Below, one piece after another: positions 47,063-58,704 of a DNA stretch of 64,000 nt. A program made the position numbers and the translations under genes. The notes beneath the pieces were generated by a model. The model was not told the origin of the DNA. It saw only the letters and a program-made list of their open reading frames with translations, and did not search any database. Location of the stretch: the NCBI GenBank assembly GCA_963693365.1, contig CAVNZM010000012.1, positions 1,488,001 to 1,552,000 on the forward strand. The letters run 5' to 3'. Origin of the DNA: Amoebidium appalachense. Lineage: Eukaryota; Protista; Ichthyosporea. Numbering within the stretch: the stretch's first letter is position 1; the number at the start of each line of letters is the position of its first letter.

Positions 47063-49136
47063 CGGGCGGGGGGGTTGTGGTGGTGTGTGTGTGTACACCG
47101 TTTGTGTATGTGTGTCAGATGTTGCAGTCCGTGTGCGTGTGCGTGTGCGTGTGCGTGTGCGTGTGTGTGTGTGTGCGCGTGCATGCCCGCGTGCATGTTT
47201 TTCTTTCTCTCTTTCTTTCTTTTTGTCTTTTCTTCCTTTTTTTTTTTTTTTTTTGCGCCGCGCAGGGGGAGGTGGGGGGGTGGGGGGGGGGGGGGGGGTG
47301 GAAGGGGAGGGGAGGGGGGGGGGGGGGGGGGGGGGGGGATGGATAATTGGATGGGTGTGTGCATTGAGTGGGTCAAAGGCCTTTACACTCGTATCTGTGC
47401 AAAATGTGCATACTAAGAGGGTCGGGTGGGTGGGGGGGAGGGGGGTAGTGAGAGGAAGAGTGGGAAAGGGGCCACGGGCAACGAGTGGGGGTGAGGGGGG
47501 GAAGGGGAGGGGGGGTGTGGGGGGGGGAGGGGGGGGGAGAGGAGGGTTTGTTTGTTTGGGGGGGGGGGGGGGGGGGGGGGGGTTGTTACCTTGTGAAGCA
47601 GACACCAACGTTTGCAGCAACACCAGGATCAAGACAGGCAACAGTCAGACCGGTGAAGGGGAAGGGAGTGGTTCCGTAGATCTGATTGGTTGAAATAAGT
47701 GGTTGCTTGACCATTTATGGAAAGCCGGAAATGGAAAGTGGTGAGATACTAATAGACAGCATAACTGCAAGATACATAAGGGCGTGTTTGGCAACCCTTT
47801 AAAAAGCGTATTCATATTTATGGCGAAAAGACGATCAATCGTGTTTATAAAATTATTTTGTGGTATGCGTATTTAGGGCCGAAATACGATTATGGCGTAC
47901 CAAACACGCCTAAACACGAAAGTTGAGCCCGCCCGATCGCATTTACGTTTTATCAGTGGAATGCGAAAAGTGTATGTTTCAGATGTTTGATTGGGCAAAG
48001 GGGTGTAAACCAAAAATAATACATTTATTACCTCGAAGTGTAATTAAAGTCAAAATGGGGCATGTTTTTTTCCCTGTTTTATATGGAAATAATTACTTCG
48101 ATACTTTGGTATACATGACATTATTTACTTTTTATTTCTGTTGTAAAAAAGCATTATGGGGAAAAGAACAGACACTGGCCCAATTTCCACCAATACCAAA
48201 CCATAATAACCATAAAAGGTGCACTGCGGTGCAAATATTGGATTGGATCAGAGTGATCCAATACATGCCCATATCGCTTATGATTGGCTTAAAGTTATAT
48301 CGTCTTTTCGAAAATCACCTCCGGAGGTGATGTTCGAAAATACGTATTTACAGCGATGTCCATCGTCTTAAGCGTTAATTGAAACCTGTGGCGCGTTGGG
48401 CAGGACACATATTCGTATTCGTCTTTAGGCCGAAAAGACGAATACGATGGAAAGACGATATAACTGCAGTGCCAAACACGCCCTAATAGGGTGACGATGG
48501 TATAGAAGGAGAGCCCATACACATAAAGTCCCAAAATGGATGGTGGTCAAAGATAAGACGAATCCATATATATATATATGGGGGTTTCGCTGTTTACTCG
48601 AGGCAAGGAATATAAATAACAAACCCAAAAATGGACAGTGGAAATGGGTATGAAGTGCCCATACATAAAACCCCCATAACTAATTATGAGATCATGGTGG
48701 TTGTGTTGCGCTCGTGTGCTTGAACATGAGCATGATACGTTGTCCCCACTTCTTCTTTTTCCCTTCTTTAAAAACGTCTATCCCCCCCCCCTCCCCCCCC
48801 CCCCCCCCCCCCCCCCCGGCCCATCCCCTGTTTCTTTTTGAAAAGGCCCAAGTGGCCCGGGAGGGCGGGGGAAAAGGGGGGAAGGGGGGGAGGGGGGAGG
48901 GGGAGGGAGAAAGGGAGGGAGGGGGGGGGGGGGGGGGGGGGGGGATAAGGGGTACATACAGCCTCTCCATTTGTTCTCAGCCACACCCCCAACTCCCTCA
49001 AAATGTCTTTTTGCTCCTGTGGCAGTCGACCATCCGACATCGGCCCAACACTCAGATGGAGGTGACCACCCCCAGCAACAGTTTGCACCTGTTTGCATGT
49101 ACGTGTGTTGTGCAAGGTTTTTAAGTGTGTGTGTGT

Positions 49137-49183
<47 letters not shown>

Positions 49184-49661
49184 GGTGTGCTGTGAGTGTG
49201 GTAGGTGGGCGGACGGAGGGAGGGGAGGGGAGGGGGTGGGGGTGGGGGGAGGGAGGGGGACAAGAGAAAGAGAGGGAGAGAGAGGAAGAACATGTGTCTG
49301 TGTGTGTGTGCGTGCGAGTGAGTGTGTGTTTGTGTGAGATGAACTTCTTCTTGAGATCCGAGAAGATCAAGTCCAGTGAAATGGCAGGAGGTATTACAAC
49401 GAACGAATTCCCGGGGTAAGGCTGATAGCAAAAGTTCTGTCTTCCTATGCTGCAACCCAAGTCACATTGGGGGGGGGAGGGGGGGGGGGGGGGGGGGGGG
49501 AGGGGCGGGGAGGGGGGAGGGGGGGGGGGGAGGGGGGGGGGTATTTGAGGCTGTGTAGGGGGCGGGTCAAGAAGTGTATGTCCCTGTGTGTGCATATCTT
49601 TACTTGTGTGTGTGTGCAGTGGTTCGGGCGTGTTGTGCGTGCTTGTTTCAAGGAGGGGAAA

Positions 49662-49698
<37 letters not shown>

Positions 49699-51718
49699 GA
49701 TGTATGCTTAGAGGGTTGGAACTATGGAGGAGACAACAAAGAGCAAAAGCAAAAACGTCACGAAAAATGAGAAGCGTGCAGACAGAAGACACTTGAACAG
49801 AGCCCATCATTAGGGGGGTTCCTATGCCTCCACAAAAGCATGGGTTTTGACTCTTTAATCTCTCGCGCATGGTTCCCAACCCATACTTTGTTCCAACAGC
49901 AATAGGCGAGTCCACCCGTCTTGGCCAAAGACGAGCAGGGTTGTTCAAGGAGCAGCAATCGAAGAACACAGAGTCTAAAAAATCTGCAAGCAGACAAAAA
50001 CGAAGAAAACAAGCAGAGAAATAGAGCTGGATGAGAGGGAGACGGGCGATATTCATGGGCATACCAGGAGTTGAATGAAGTGGTTGGGGGTGTTATAGAC
50101 GTCCAGCCGGTTGTATCCTGCAAGGGCCAAAAAACATAAGAAGGGTATGTATATATATGCTGAGAGGGTCTAGGTGTGTGTGGGGTGGGGGGTGGGGCGG
50201 GGGGGGGAGGGGGGGAGGGGGGGGGGTGTTGGAGAAGCAGAAGGTGTTCAACTTATTCTTGCACATATGCGAGTTTTGGTGTTGATGATACTGGTGGTGA
50301 GGTGTGGGTGTGGGTGTGTGGTGGTGGCAGAGGCAAGGGGAAGCCGGGGGGAGGGGAGGGGCAATGCTCATAAAGTGCCTGGCAGGCTGTAATTGTTGAT
50401 TCCTCCATCAATCCAACCCCACCCCCTCCCCTCCTCACTTGTTTTGGCCCTTTCATGCTACCCCCCCCCCCCCCCCCCGCTCCCCCCCAACCCCCTCCCC
50501 CTCCCCTCCCACGCACACACACATACACACAATTCACTTATTCTCTCGACTACAAACCTTCCCCCCTTCTCTGCCCAGGAAGCGGGAGGGGAATGGGGGG
50601 GGGGGATTCGGGAAGGGGAGGGGGTGGGGTGGGGGTGGGGGGTAGGGGGTGGAGAGGGGGAGGATGGGAGTAGGGGGCGGGGGGGAGGGGGTTTTGGGGG
50701 GGGGGGGGGAGGGGGGGAGGGGGCTGATACCGATGGACACGCCCAGACCCTCATAGACCATCCACGGGTGTGTAGGGTCCTCCCATATGCACGTGCTTCC
50801 CTGTAGAGGGGGGGGGGGGGGGGGGGGGGGGAAGGGGGGTGGGGGAGGGGTGGAGGGGGAGGGGCGGGGGGGGGGGGGGGAGGTGGGGGGGGGAGGGGGG
50901 GGGGGGGGGGGAGGGGGGAAGGGGATACGGGGAGGGCAAAGAACGTGAGGCTCCCAAGGAAAGAGAGATGAAGGGGCAGGGGCAAGAAGTGTGAATATGT
51001 GTGCGTAACCAGTTAAACCTGAGCCTACATATCTCCCCTGTCCCCCTCGTGTGGGCGGTGATATATTTCTCGACTCGAGCATTTATATGCAGAAATCGAC
51101 ATGACGATTAAACACAAAAAATAACATATCTCGGCACCGCAGTTAGACGCAGAAAAAATATATCTCGGCATGAGGCCTAGAAATTATTATATCTCGGCAT
51201 AGCGGTTGGACGCAGAAAACGATGGGGTGTTAAACCAACCTCCGTATCTACCATTTTAAGCCCAGACCGAGGATGACCCAATCGAGGATTTCAGATGGCC
51301 CTTGCGCGGCGTTCGAAGCTCTCAAACATATCAAGCGATCGAGGATGTAACGACATTTGTTAACAGAAACGTCAGAATGACGTCATGCGCTCGATCGCTT
51401 GATTGATTCGAGGATTTCAATTACCGCGACCGGACCATCGCATATCCTCGATCGGATTATCCTCGATCTTGTCTAAAATGGTAGATACGGACCTTGGTTT
51501 AAGAATATGCAGCCATGGTGAAATCAGCAAAAATAGAGTTTGAGTCCCCATAGTGCTTTGTCATTGGTATTGCAATACCATAGCAACCCTGGTGCTGTCT
51601 CAACCAATACAATCGCACATGGAAACGGAATCGGCTGATGGCAACACGGTATTCTGATATGATGAAATCTGCCCGGCAAAACCATGAACAACGTGTGCAC
51701 CCACTCTGCCTCCCCCCC

Positions 51719-51749
<31 letters not shown>

Positions 51750-52313
51750 ACACCCACGCACCCACCCCTCCCTCTGTCCCCACCTCCCCTCCCCGCCCGC
51801 CCGCCCCTACACACCACGCACAGACAAAGCGAAAATACACGCACACACATGCATAGAGTTGTAAAACACACCTCCTCGGCGTATTCACACGTGTATACTC
51901 CCCCGTGGTAGCCTGTTGCGTCCTCCCCCCATCGATCGTTCACCACCACTTTGTCCCTGCATAACACAAAAAACACCCGGGGCTCAGTCAAATGGTTGTA
52001 ATAAAAAAGAGAAGAAGAAGAAGGAGAAGAAGGAGAAGGAGAAGGAGGAGAAGAAGAAGGAGAAGAAGGAGAAGGAAGAGAAAAGGAAGAAGAAGAAGAA
52101 GAAGAAGAAGAAGAAGAAGAAGAAGAAGGAAAGGAAGAAGAATGTTAGGGCCATGCGAGCCACCTCAAATGTGTTTTCAACGTCAGACATTATTGTCCAG
52201 GAATCACCCGCGTCTCAAAAAGACACAACGTGGTTCTGGTTTTTGCTCAAAACTCATCCGTTTTTTCTATTTTCTTTCTTTTCTTTTATTTTTTTCTCCC
52301 TGTGCGTGTGTGT

Positions 52314-52367
<54 letters not shown>

Positions 52368-53470
52368 TATTCAAATGACGATTTGAGTTACTGAAGAAAA
52401 GAAATGGATTGACAAAAAGGGGAGGGGGGTACCCACAGACGGGATGGAAATTTTAGAAGCAAGAAATTAAAACGCCCAAAAACAATAACAAGTGACATAC
52501 ACCAGCCCAAAGTCGCAAACCCATTTCTAATAAACAGAGCCCCGTTATTTTTATTTTATTTTATTTATTTTATTTTTCTTTTTTTTTGTGGGGGGGGGGG
52601 GGGGGGGGGGGGGGGGGAGGGAGGGGGGGGGGGAGGCTATCGTCACAAAAGAGCTTTGGGTGGTGGTTTTTTTTTCTTTTTTTTTTCTTCTTTTTCTTTT
52701 TTTTTTTTTTGGAAAGGGGGGGAGCGGAGGGGGAGGGGGGGAGGGGGGGGGGGGGGGGGGGGGACTACTTTCTGATGTTTCTTTTCTCTTCCATTTATTT
52801 TTATTGTTGTTGTTCTTTTATTTTTCATTTATTTTTCATTTATTTTATATTATTTTGTTTTGTTTTATTTTATTTTATCTTATTTATTTTATTTTATTTA
52901 TTTTTTATTATTTTTTTTTTTTTTGGGGGGGGGGGGGGGGGGAGGGGGGAGGGGGGGCAATAAACATACTTAACCCGAGACTCGCTGAAAAGCCACGCCA
53001 GAAACTCTTTCCGATCCCCAAAAGCCCGAGTCGTACCCCGTCTCAGTGTCAGCAAAGATGAATTCAGGTCCAACTGAGTCCACCAATTGTCGCAGTTGGG
53101 GCTGAACCACTGTTTTGACATAGCTGGGTGGGTCTGTACCGTGTAGCTGTGTATTGAACCTGAGGAATTAAGGGGGGAAGGGGGAAGGGGGGAGGGGATG
53201 AGAGGGGTGGGGGGCGGAGACATTTGGAACTTGAAAGGTCGGTAACGGAGGGGGGGGGGCGGAGGGGGGGGGGGAGGGGGGAGGGGAGCACAGGCATGCT
53301 CTGTGTGCGAAGAGGGGTAGCGTAGGGTGAGTTGGAGGTGGGGGTTGGTGGTGGTGGTGGTGTGGGGGGGGCGGGAGGGGGGGGGGGGGAGGGGGGTTTG
53401 AAAACCTTTGTTTGATTTTTATTGTGTATTAGTCTCTTTTGGTCTTTTAGAGGGCGGGCAACAATTTGGG

Positions 53471-53518
<48 letters not shown>

Positions 53519-53653
53519 CTGAGGGAGAGAGGATGGGAGGGCGGGGGATGGGGGGGGGGGGGGGGGGGGGGGGGGGATGTACGCAAATCTTTTAAGTTTT
53601 CTTTTTTCTTTTTTTCTTTTTTTCTTTTCCCTTTTTTTTTGGGGGGGGGGGGG

Positions 53654-53700
<47 letters not shown>

Positions 53701-53947
53701 GGGGGGGGAGGAGGAAGAATGCAGGTTGATATATCAGAACCCTTTTTACTGCCAAAGCCGGATTTTTTGGAGGTGCTAAGTGCGTAAATGAGTAACCGTG
53801 GACCACCGGGGGGGGGGGGGGGGGGGGAGGGGGGAGGGGAGGGGGGGGGGGGGGGGAGAAGCTGTTACAAAATGTAAGTTGTGTGTCCAAGGGGTCAGGG
53901 AGGGGAGGAGAGGCGAAGAGGCGGGGGGTGTGGGGTGGGTGAATAGT

Positions 53948-53987
<40 letters not shown>

Positions 53988-54893
53988 GCAGGGTCGGCGT
54001 GGTGTGTGTTAGGAATGGATGTTTGTGGCTCTACCTAAATCTACGGTCGTTCAGGCTGCGAGGCGTGGTTGGGCGCAAAGCATACTGGGAATTCTAGTCG
54101 TACAACTCGAGTAGAGTGAAGGCAAGTGACTTGGAGGGGGTTTGGAGTTGGGGGGGAAGAGGGAGGGGAGGGGTTGCGGTTTTTGACGTTAGGAGATGAG
54201 ACTGAGTACCCGGTAGAGAGGGCGAGGGAGGAGAGAGAAAAAGGAGGGATGGAGGGGGGGGGGGGGGGGGTGCACATACCATTCTCCCAAACTGTACTTG
54301 ATCCCAAAGTTCATACCCAGACTTCTGACCGCGTTTGCCACAGCAGTCAGCAAATCCTTGTGCGGACCAGAACCCTGCACTGTCCAGGAAGGATCCACAC
54401 CAGGAGCCCCACCCCACATGCAATAGCCATCCCCATTTTTGGCGTTCATCACGACCAGTTTGGCTCCACTAATCCACAAAACGGACGCCCATTCCCGTGG
54501 ATCGAAAAAGTCGCAGGTGAAATCCCGTGTGAACTGGGTGTAGTTGAAGTCTTTTCCGTATCTATCAACAAGGAATTTGTGTTCTGGAAACTCGGGTTTG
54601 CTTGAATAGTACAAGAAGCGCTCTGCATCACACCGGTATTCCCTTTCTTCTGTTAAAAGGCAGTATGAAGGCACGCTAAACACACCCCAGTCTATCCCTA
54701 CAGAGAACTTTGCCTCTGAAAACCATGAAGGGTTATCTCGTGTGTCTAAGCTATCCCATGATGCGTTGTAGTTTGCATTCTTCGTAGCAGGGGTTCTGGT
54801 TGGAGACGATGGTTTGAGAGTGATTCTGGTTGCACCTGGAATGATGCCCCAAGTTGCCACTATGGCTAATGATAACAAAAATGACCGCCCCAT
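45058..54893 (-). CDS. GH29 alpha-L-fucosidase-like secreted protein, about 491 aa, with a +1 frameshift in exon 2; exons 54893-54280, 53159-52970, 51956-51872, 50800-50731, 50117-50065, 49088-48960, 47681-47590, 46990-46873, 45183-45058
   Basis: Signal peptide; WDSLDTR.NPSWFSEAKF, WGVFSVP, FDPREWA...SGAK, GPHKDLL, YSLGEWFN, EFLAWLF, VVVNDRWG, GGGHLHLSVGP..DG, WLRTNGEAIYGT, LPCMHAWAFKI. GT-AG introns. Exon 2 is 190 nt where 189 is needed. Confidence 0.85.
45438..45698. mobile_element. Non-autonomous TIR element (MITE-like), family X, copy A
   Basis: Ends AGCAAGGTCCGTATCTACCATTTT...AAAATGCTAGATACGGAGGTTGGT, flanked by CTAA and TTAA. Same termini as 51234-51498 in the opposite orientation. Confidence 0.75.
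46557..46719. repeat. Dispersed repeat with a ~100-bp core, copy 1
   Basis: AAGCGTGCAG.CAGAAGACACTTGAA.AGAGCCCATCA...TGCCTCCACAAAAG...CTCGCGCATGG, shared with 49758-49872. Confidence 0.85.
47780..48483. mobile_element. PIF/Harbinger (Tourist-like) MITE, 704 bp
   Basis: Perfect 14-bp TIR GGGCGTGTTTGGCA / TGCCAAACACGCCC with a TAA target duplication (47777-47779 and 48484-48486); AT-rich non-coding interior. Confidence 0.9.
49758..49872. repeat. Dispersed repeat, copy 2
   Basis: Diverged direct copy of 46557-46719 with an internal gap. Confidence 0.85.
51234..51498. mobile_element. Non-autonomous TIR/fold-back element, family X, copy B
   Basis: TTAA-ACCAACCTCCGTATCTACCATTTTA...TAAAATGGTAGATACGGACCTTGGT-TTAA. 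The interior is an imperfect palindrome (ATCGAGGAT/ATCCTCGAT, TCAAGCGATCGAG/CTCGATCGCTTGA). Confidence 0.85.
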
Positions 54894-55919
54894 TATTCAC
54901 AAACACAGCCCAGATCGAAGTTGTGAGTCGGCTGCAAAAATTGGCACTCTTTTTCTGCAATGGGCCCACAGCAAAACAAAATTTTGAAAGGCAACGGCTT
55001 TGATGTTTTGGTTGCCAAATAAGGCAATTCCGCGGACTTGTGCGATTACGCAATCGTCACCCCAGCATCGAAATTATTCGGAACAGTTGCCACTGTCACC
55101 ATCATGCTGTGCACTGAGCATGTGTACATGTATGGCTGTGAGATGCATGGCACCATGCGTGTTTATAGTAGGTACATACACATTTGTGACCACAAGTCCA
55201 GATGCCTCGTGTATTGTGCGCGTTGTGTACATGTGTGTGTACGCACTGCTTACGTAGAGTGTCACACACACGTGCGCGTACGTGCACGTACGCGTGTACA
55301 TGATCACATGCATATTTATGCCATTCATTTGATAATACTATGTGTACACTATGGGCCTTGCGTTCCTTCTTCTCCTCCTTCTTCTTTTGGCCGAGGGGTG
55401 GGTGGGTGAGTTGGGGGCGGGGGAGGGGAAGGGGGACGTCACGAAGGGGGGGAGCTCGAGGGGTGGTTGGTCGAGGAAGAGCTTGATCGCGCGGATCGAT
55501 GGCAGATCTAGAAGGTGACCTATTGTAGGACTCTACATGGCAGGTCTGGGATGTGAGGGAAGGGGACAAGAGGAGAGGGTGAAAAGGCCGTTCTAGCATG
55601 TGAGGAATCGAGCTCGAGCACACTGCGGCTGGGAGTGGCTTGCCCGCTTGCTGTACATGCATATGCAGTATCCAAAAATTCAAATGTTACAGTGTAAAAA
55701 CTTACAGTATGCATGGTTCGATGAGGGTTTGATAAGACTTTGATAGCAGCCTTTGTGCAATGAAAAAATATTGGTCTCTTGAAGTACTTTCCTTTCTATT
55801 TTTTTCCGGCAGCTCACGTGCATCACACTCCCACACAAAGAAGAACTGAGAAGGAACAAATTGCACCTTCGAAAGTGTCCGCAGTGAGAACCACAAAACT
55901 GGCTCCATTTTGCCCGTCG

Positions 55920-56753
55920 TTTTATTGGCTGATCTCTGAGCCACGTTTCATTGGCTATCTGGAAAATGAACTGTAATTGGCTTAGTATGATGACATATGG
56001 TAGTCACCGACTCACCGTCTGCTCCGTGACTCCCTCATTCCGTAGAGGGAGGACTCCTTCAGGAGTTCAGAAGCGAAGAATGAGGCTCGCTTAGTAGAGC
56101 TTGCTTAAAAAACAACGAACCAACCTTTCAGCCAAATGAGCTCCCTAGTACAATTGCTGCACAGTTCGCTAGCATCCTTAAGGTATACGATGGTTTAGAA
56201 TGTGTGTGTATACATACAAAGTTACAATACTGTTTGTAGCCTTATGGCTTCGGCGGCGATAGTGTCCACATCCCTTCCCGTTTAGTCTATTTGTACCGTA
56301 TTACAATTGGATACTGTCTTTACCTCGTTGTGATTGGTGAGATATGGTTTTGAGCTGTGTTGTGATTGGTAAATGAGCCAGCTCCAACCAGTGCACATTC
56401 AAGCCATGCGAAACAGTACGCTTGCGTCTATTTTACATAAAACTTCATGTAAAAGAGAAATAACCCATTTAATTTAATATTCCTCTATTCAATACTGCAA
56501 AATATGGCTTCATTTAAACACGCGCCATTCGCACTCCCGGAACCTGCACGCTGCAGGCTGCAGCTGGTGTCCTCAGCCCGCGGGCTCCGTCACCGAAATG
56601 TGACTTGGCCATGAGTGATCTGCAGCCAATCTAAACTGCACGTGAAAGAATTCTGGAATTTGCTAGCCTTGGATCAGAGAATTTGAAAGAAATCTAATTG
56701 GTGGATTTCGACCAGTGCTTTGGCGGCAGACCCTGTCGCCACCAGGATATAAA
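55920..56753 (+). promoter_or_regulatory. CCAAT-rich region and TATA box upstream of the G3PDH gene, divergent from the GH29 gene
   Basis: At least seven ATTGG/CCAAT motifs (about 55924, 55950, 55976, 56333, 56365, 56626, 56697) and TATAAA at 56748-56753. Confidence 0.45.
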
Positions 56754-56901
56754 GCGGCTTATCGCCATTTTGTACCCATCCAAAACACAAACAGCGAAGC
56801 AAAGTGGGTAAAACCACAGTCGAAACATAAAAAACAACGAGGGATAACTTAGCCCTACTCTAACGTTTTTTTAGGTTTCTTTTAGCTAGCACAACAACAA
56901 A

Positions 56902-58704
56902 ATGGCCAGCTATGCCCAGACCGCTCTCGAGTATGCCTACACCGCCAAGGACATCACGGTGGCGTCGGTGTCCACTCTTTACAGCTATTACTTCCCCCAC
57001 CAGCTGATTGCTGCCAACAGCTCAGGCAAAGGCAGTTCCGCTGCCAAGGCCCCCATTTCTCGTGAGGAGATGCTTGCCAAGCTCGCCACCACCGAGTTCG
57101 ACGTGCTTATTCTTGGTGGTGGTTCCACGGGTTGTGGTGCCGCTCTGGATGCCCTTAGCCGTGGTCTCTCTGTGGCTGTAATTGAGAAGGTTGACTTTGG
57201 AGCCGGCACGTCTAGCGCAAGCACCAAACTGCTTCACGGTGGTGTGCGCTACCTTCAGAAGGCTGTGACCAAGCGCGACATGTCCCAGATCCACCTGGTT
57301 CACGAGGCCCTGCACGAGCGTGGTGGCATGTTCAAGCAGGCCCCCCACCTGACCAACCCCATCCCCATCCTCACCCCTCTGTACACCTGGGCCGAGGTTC
57401 CTCAGATGCTTGCCCTTCTCAAGCTCTACGACATCATGTCTGGTGACACCCACATCGGTAGCAGCTACTTCATCTCCGCCACTGAGGCTGCCAAGCGCTT
57501 CCCCCAGCTGAAGACTGAGGGTCTTGTTGGTGCTGTTGTTTACTACGACGGTCAGTTCGATGATGCTCGCTACAACGTGGCCTGCGCCACCACCGCCGCT
57601 GCCCAGGGCGGTGTTCTTTCCAACTACACCGACGTTGTTGGTCTGCTCCACACTGAGAACGGTCGTCTGTGCGGCGCCAAGGTGAAGGACCTCTTCACCG
57701 GCAACGTCATCACGGTCAAGTCCAAGGCTGTTGTTAACGCCACCGGCCACTTTGCTGATGTTATCCGCAAGATGGACAGCCCGGACGCCAAGTCCTGCTT
57801 GGTTGCGGCCCAGGGCACGCACATTATGCTTGACAAGAAGTTTTGCGCCGAAACCGAGGGTCTTCTGATCAACAAGACGGATGATGGTCGTGTTGTGTTC
57901 CTTCTGCCCTGGCAGGGATGCACTCTGGCCGGCACCACAGACGGCCCGTGCGAAATCACCGACCAGCCCAAGCCCACACCCCAGCAGGTCGAGTACATCG
58001 TACACCATCTAAACCGCTACTTCAACCAGGAGATCAGCGTTGCGGACGTTAAGGCCGCCTGGTCTGGTATCCGCCCTCTGAAGAAGAGCACGGACGCAAA
58101 CGACACCGCCTCCGTCTCCCGCGAACACGGTATCTTCACCTCCGCCTCCGGTCTGATGACCATTGTGGGTGGCAAGTGGACCACATACCGCAAGATGTCC
58201 GAAGACATCATTAACCACGTGCTCAAGGAGGTTCCCGCCGTCGTCGCCAAGAACGGCCCCACCACCGCCTCGCTCAAGCTGACGGGCGCCGCCGAATACA
58301 ACGCCGCATACGGCAAGACGCTTTCTCAGAAGTTCGACCTCCCCATCGACGTTGCAGAACACCTTAACAAGGCCTACGGTGACCAGGCCGAGCACGTGTG
58401 CGAGCTGGGCAAGGAGATGGGTCTGCTTGGCCGTCTTGCCCCCAAGTACCCCCACGTTGAGGTGGAGGTTGTTTGGGCCGCACGTATGGAGATGGCTGAG
58501 CGCGCCGTTGACGTGCTTGCTCGCCGCACTCGCATGGCGTTCCTTGATCATGATGCCGCGGAGGGCTGCACCGGACGCATTATTGAATTGATTGCGCAGG
58601 AGAAGAAGTGGGATGAGGCTCGCAAGGCGGAGGAGAAGGCTATCTGTGCCAAGTGGCTCGATGGCTGGAGCCAGAGCAAGGCCAGCTCCGTCCCCGCTGC
58701 CTAA
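56902..58704 (+). CDS. glpD: FAD-dependent glycerol-3-phosphate dehydrogenase (GlpD/GUT2/GPD2 family), 600 aa, intronless CDS
   Basis: FDVLILGGGSTGCGAALDA (FAD binding), GTSSASTKLLHGGVRYL, YYDGQFDDAR, DGRVVFLLPW, AGTTD, WSGIRPL, GGKWTTYRKM, DVLARRTR. Strong C-ending codon bias; no EF-hand tail. Confidence 0.95.
   Translation: MASYAQTALEYAYTAKDITVASVSTLYSYYFPHQLIAANSSGKGSSAAKAPISREEMLAKLATTEFDVLILGGGSTGCGAALDALSRGLSVAVIEKVDFGAGTSSASTKLLHGGVRYLQKAVTKRDMSQIHLVHEALHERGGMFKQAPHLTNPIPILTPLYTWAEVPQMLALLKLYDIMSGDTHIGSSYFISATEAAKRFPQLKTEGLVGAVVYYDGQFDDARYNVACATTAAAQGGVLSNYTDVVGLLHTENGRLCGAKVKDLFTGNVITVKSKAVVNATGHFADVIRKMDSPDAKSCLVAAQGTHIMLDKKFCAETEGLLINKTDDGRVVFLLPWQGCTLAGTTDGPCEITDQPKPTPQQVEYIVHHLNRYFNQEISVADVKAAWSGIRPLKKSTDANDTASVSREHGIFTSASGLMTIVGGKWTTYRKMSEDIINHVLKEVPAVVAKNGPTTASLKLTGAAEYNAAYGKTLSQKFDLPIDVAEHLNKAYGDQAEHVCELGKEMGLLGRLAPKYPHVEVEVVWAARMEMAERAVDVLARRTRMAFLDHDAAEGCTGRIIELIAQEKKWDEARKAEEKAICAKWLDGWSQSKASSVPAA

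Noticed and set aside
57022-58551. Long antisense ORFs (328 and 180 aa) opposite glpD
   Set aside because: Expected shadow of strong codon bias in the sense gene.
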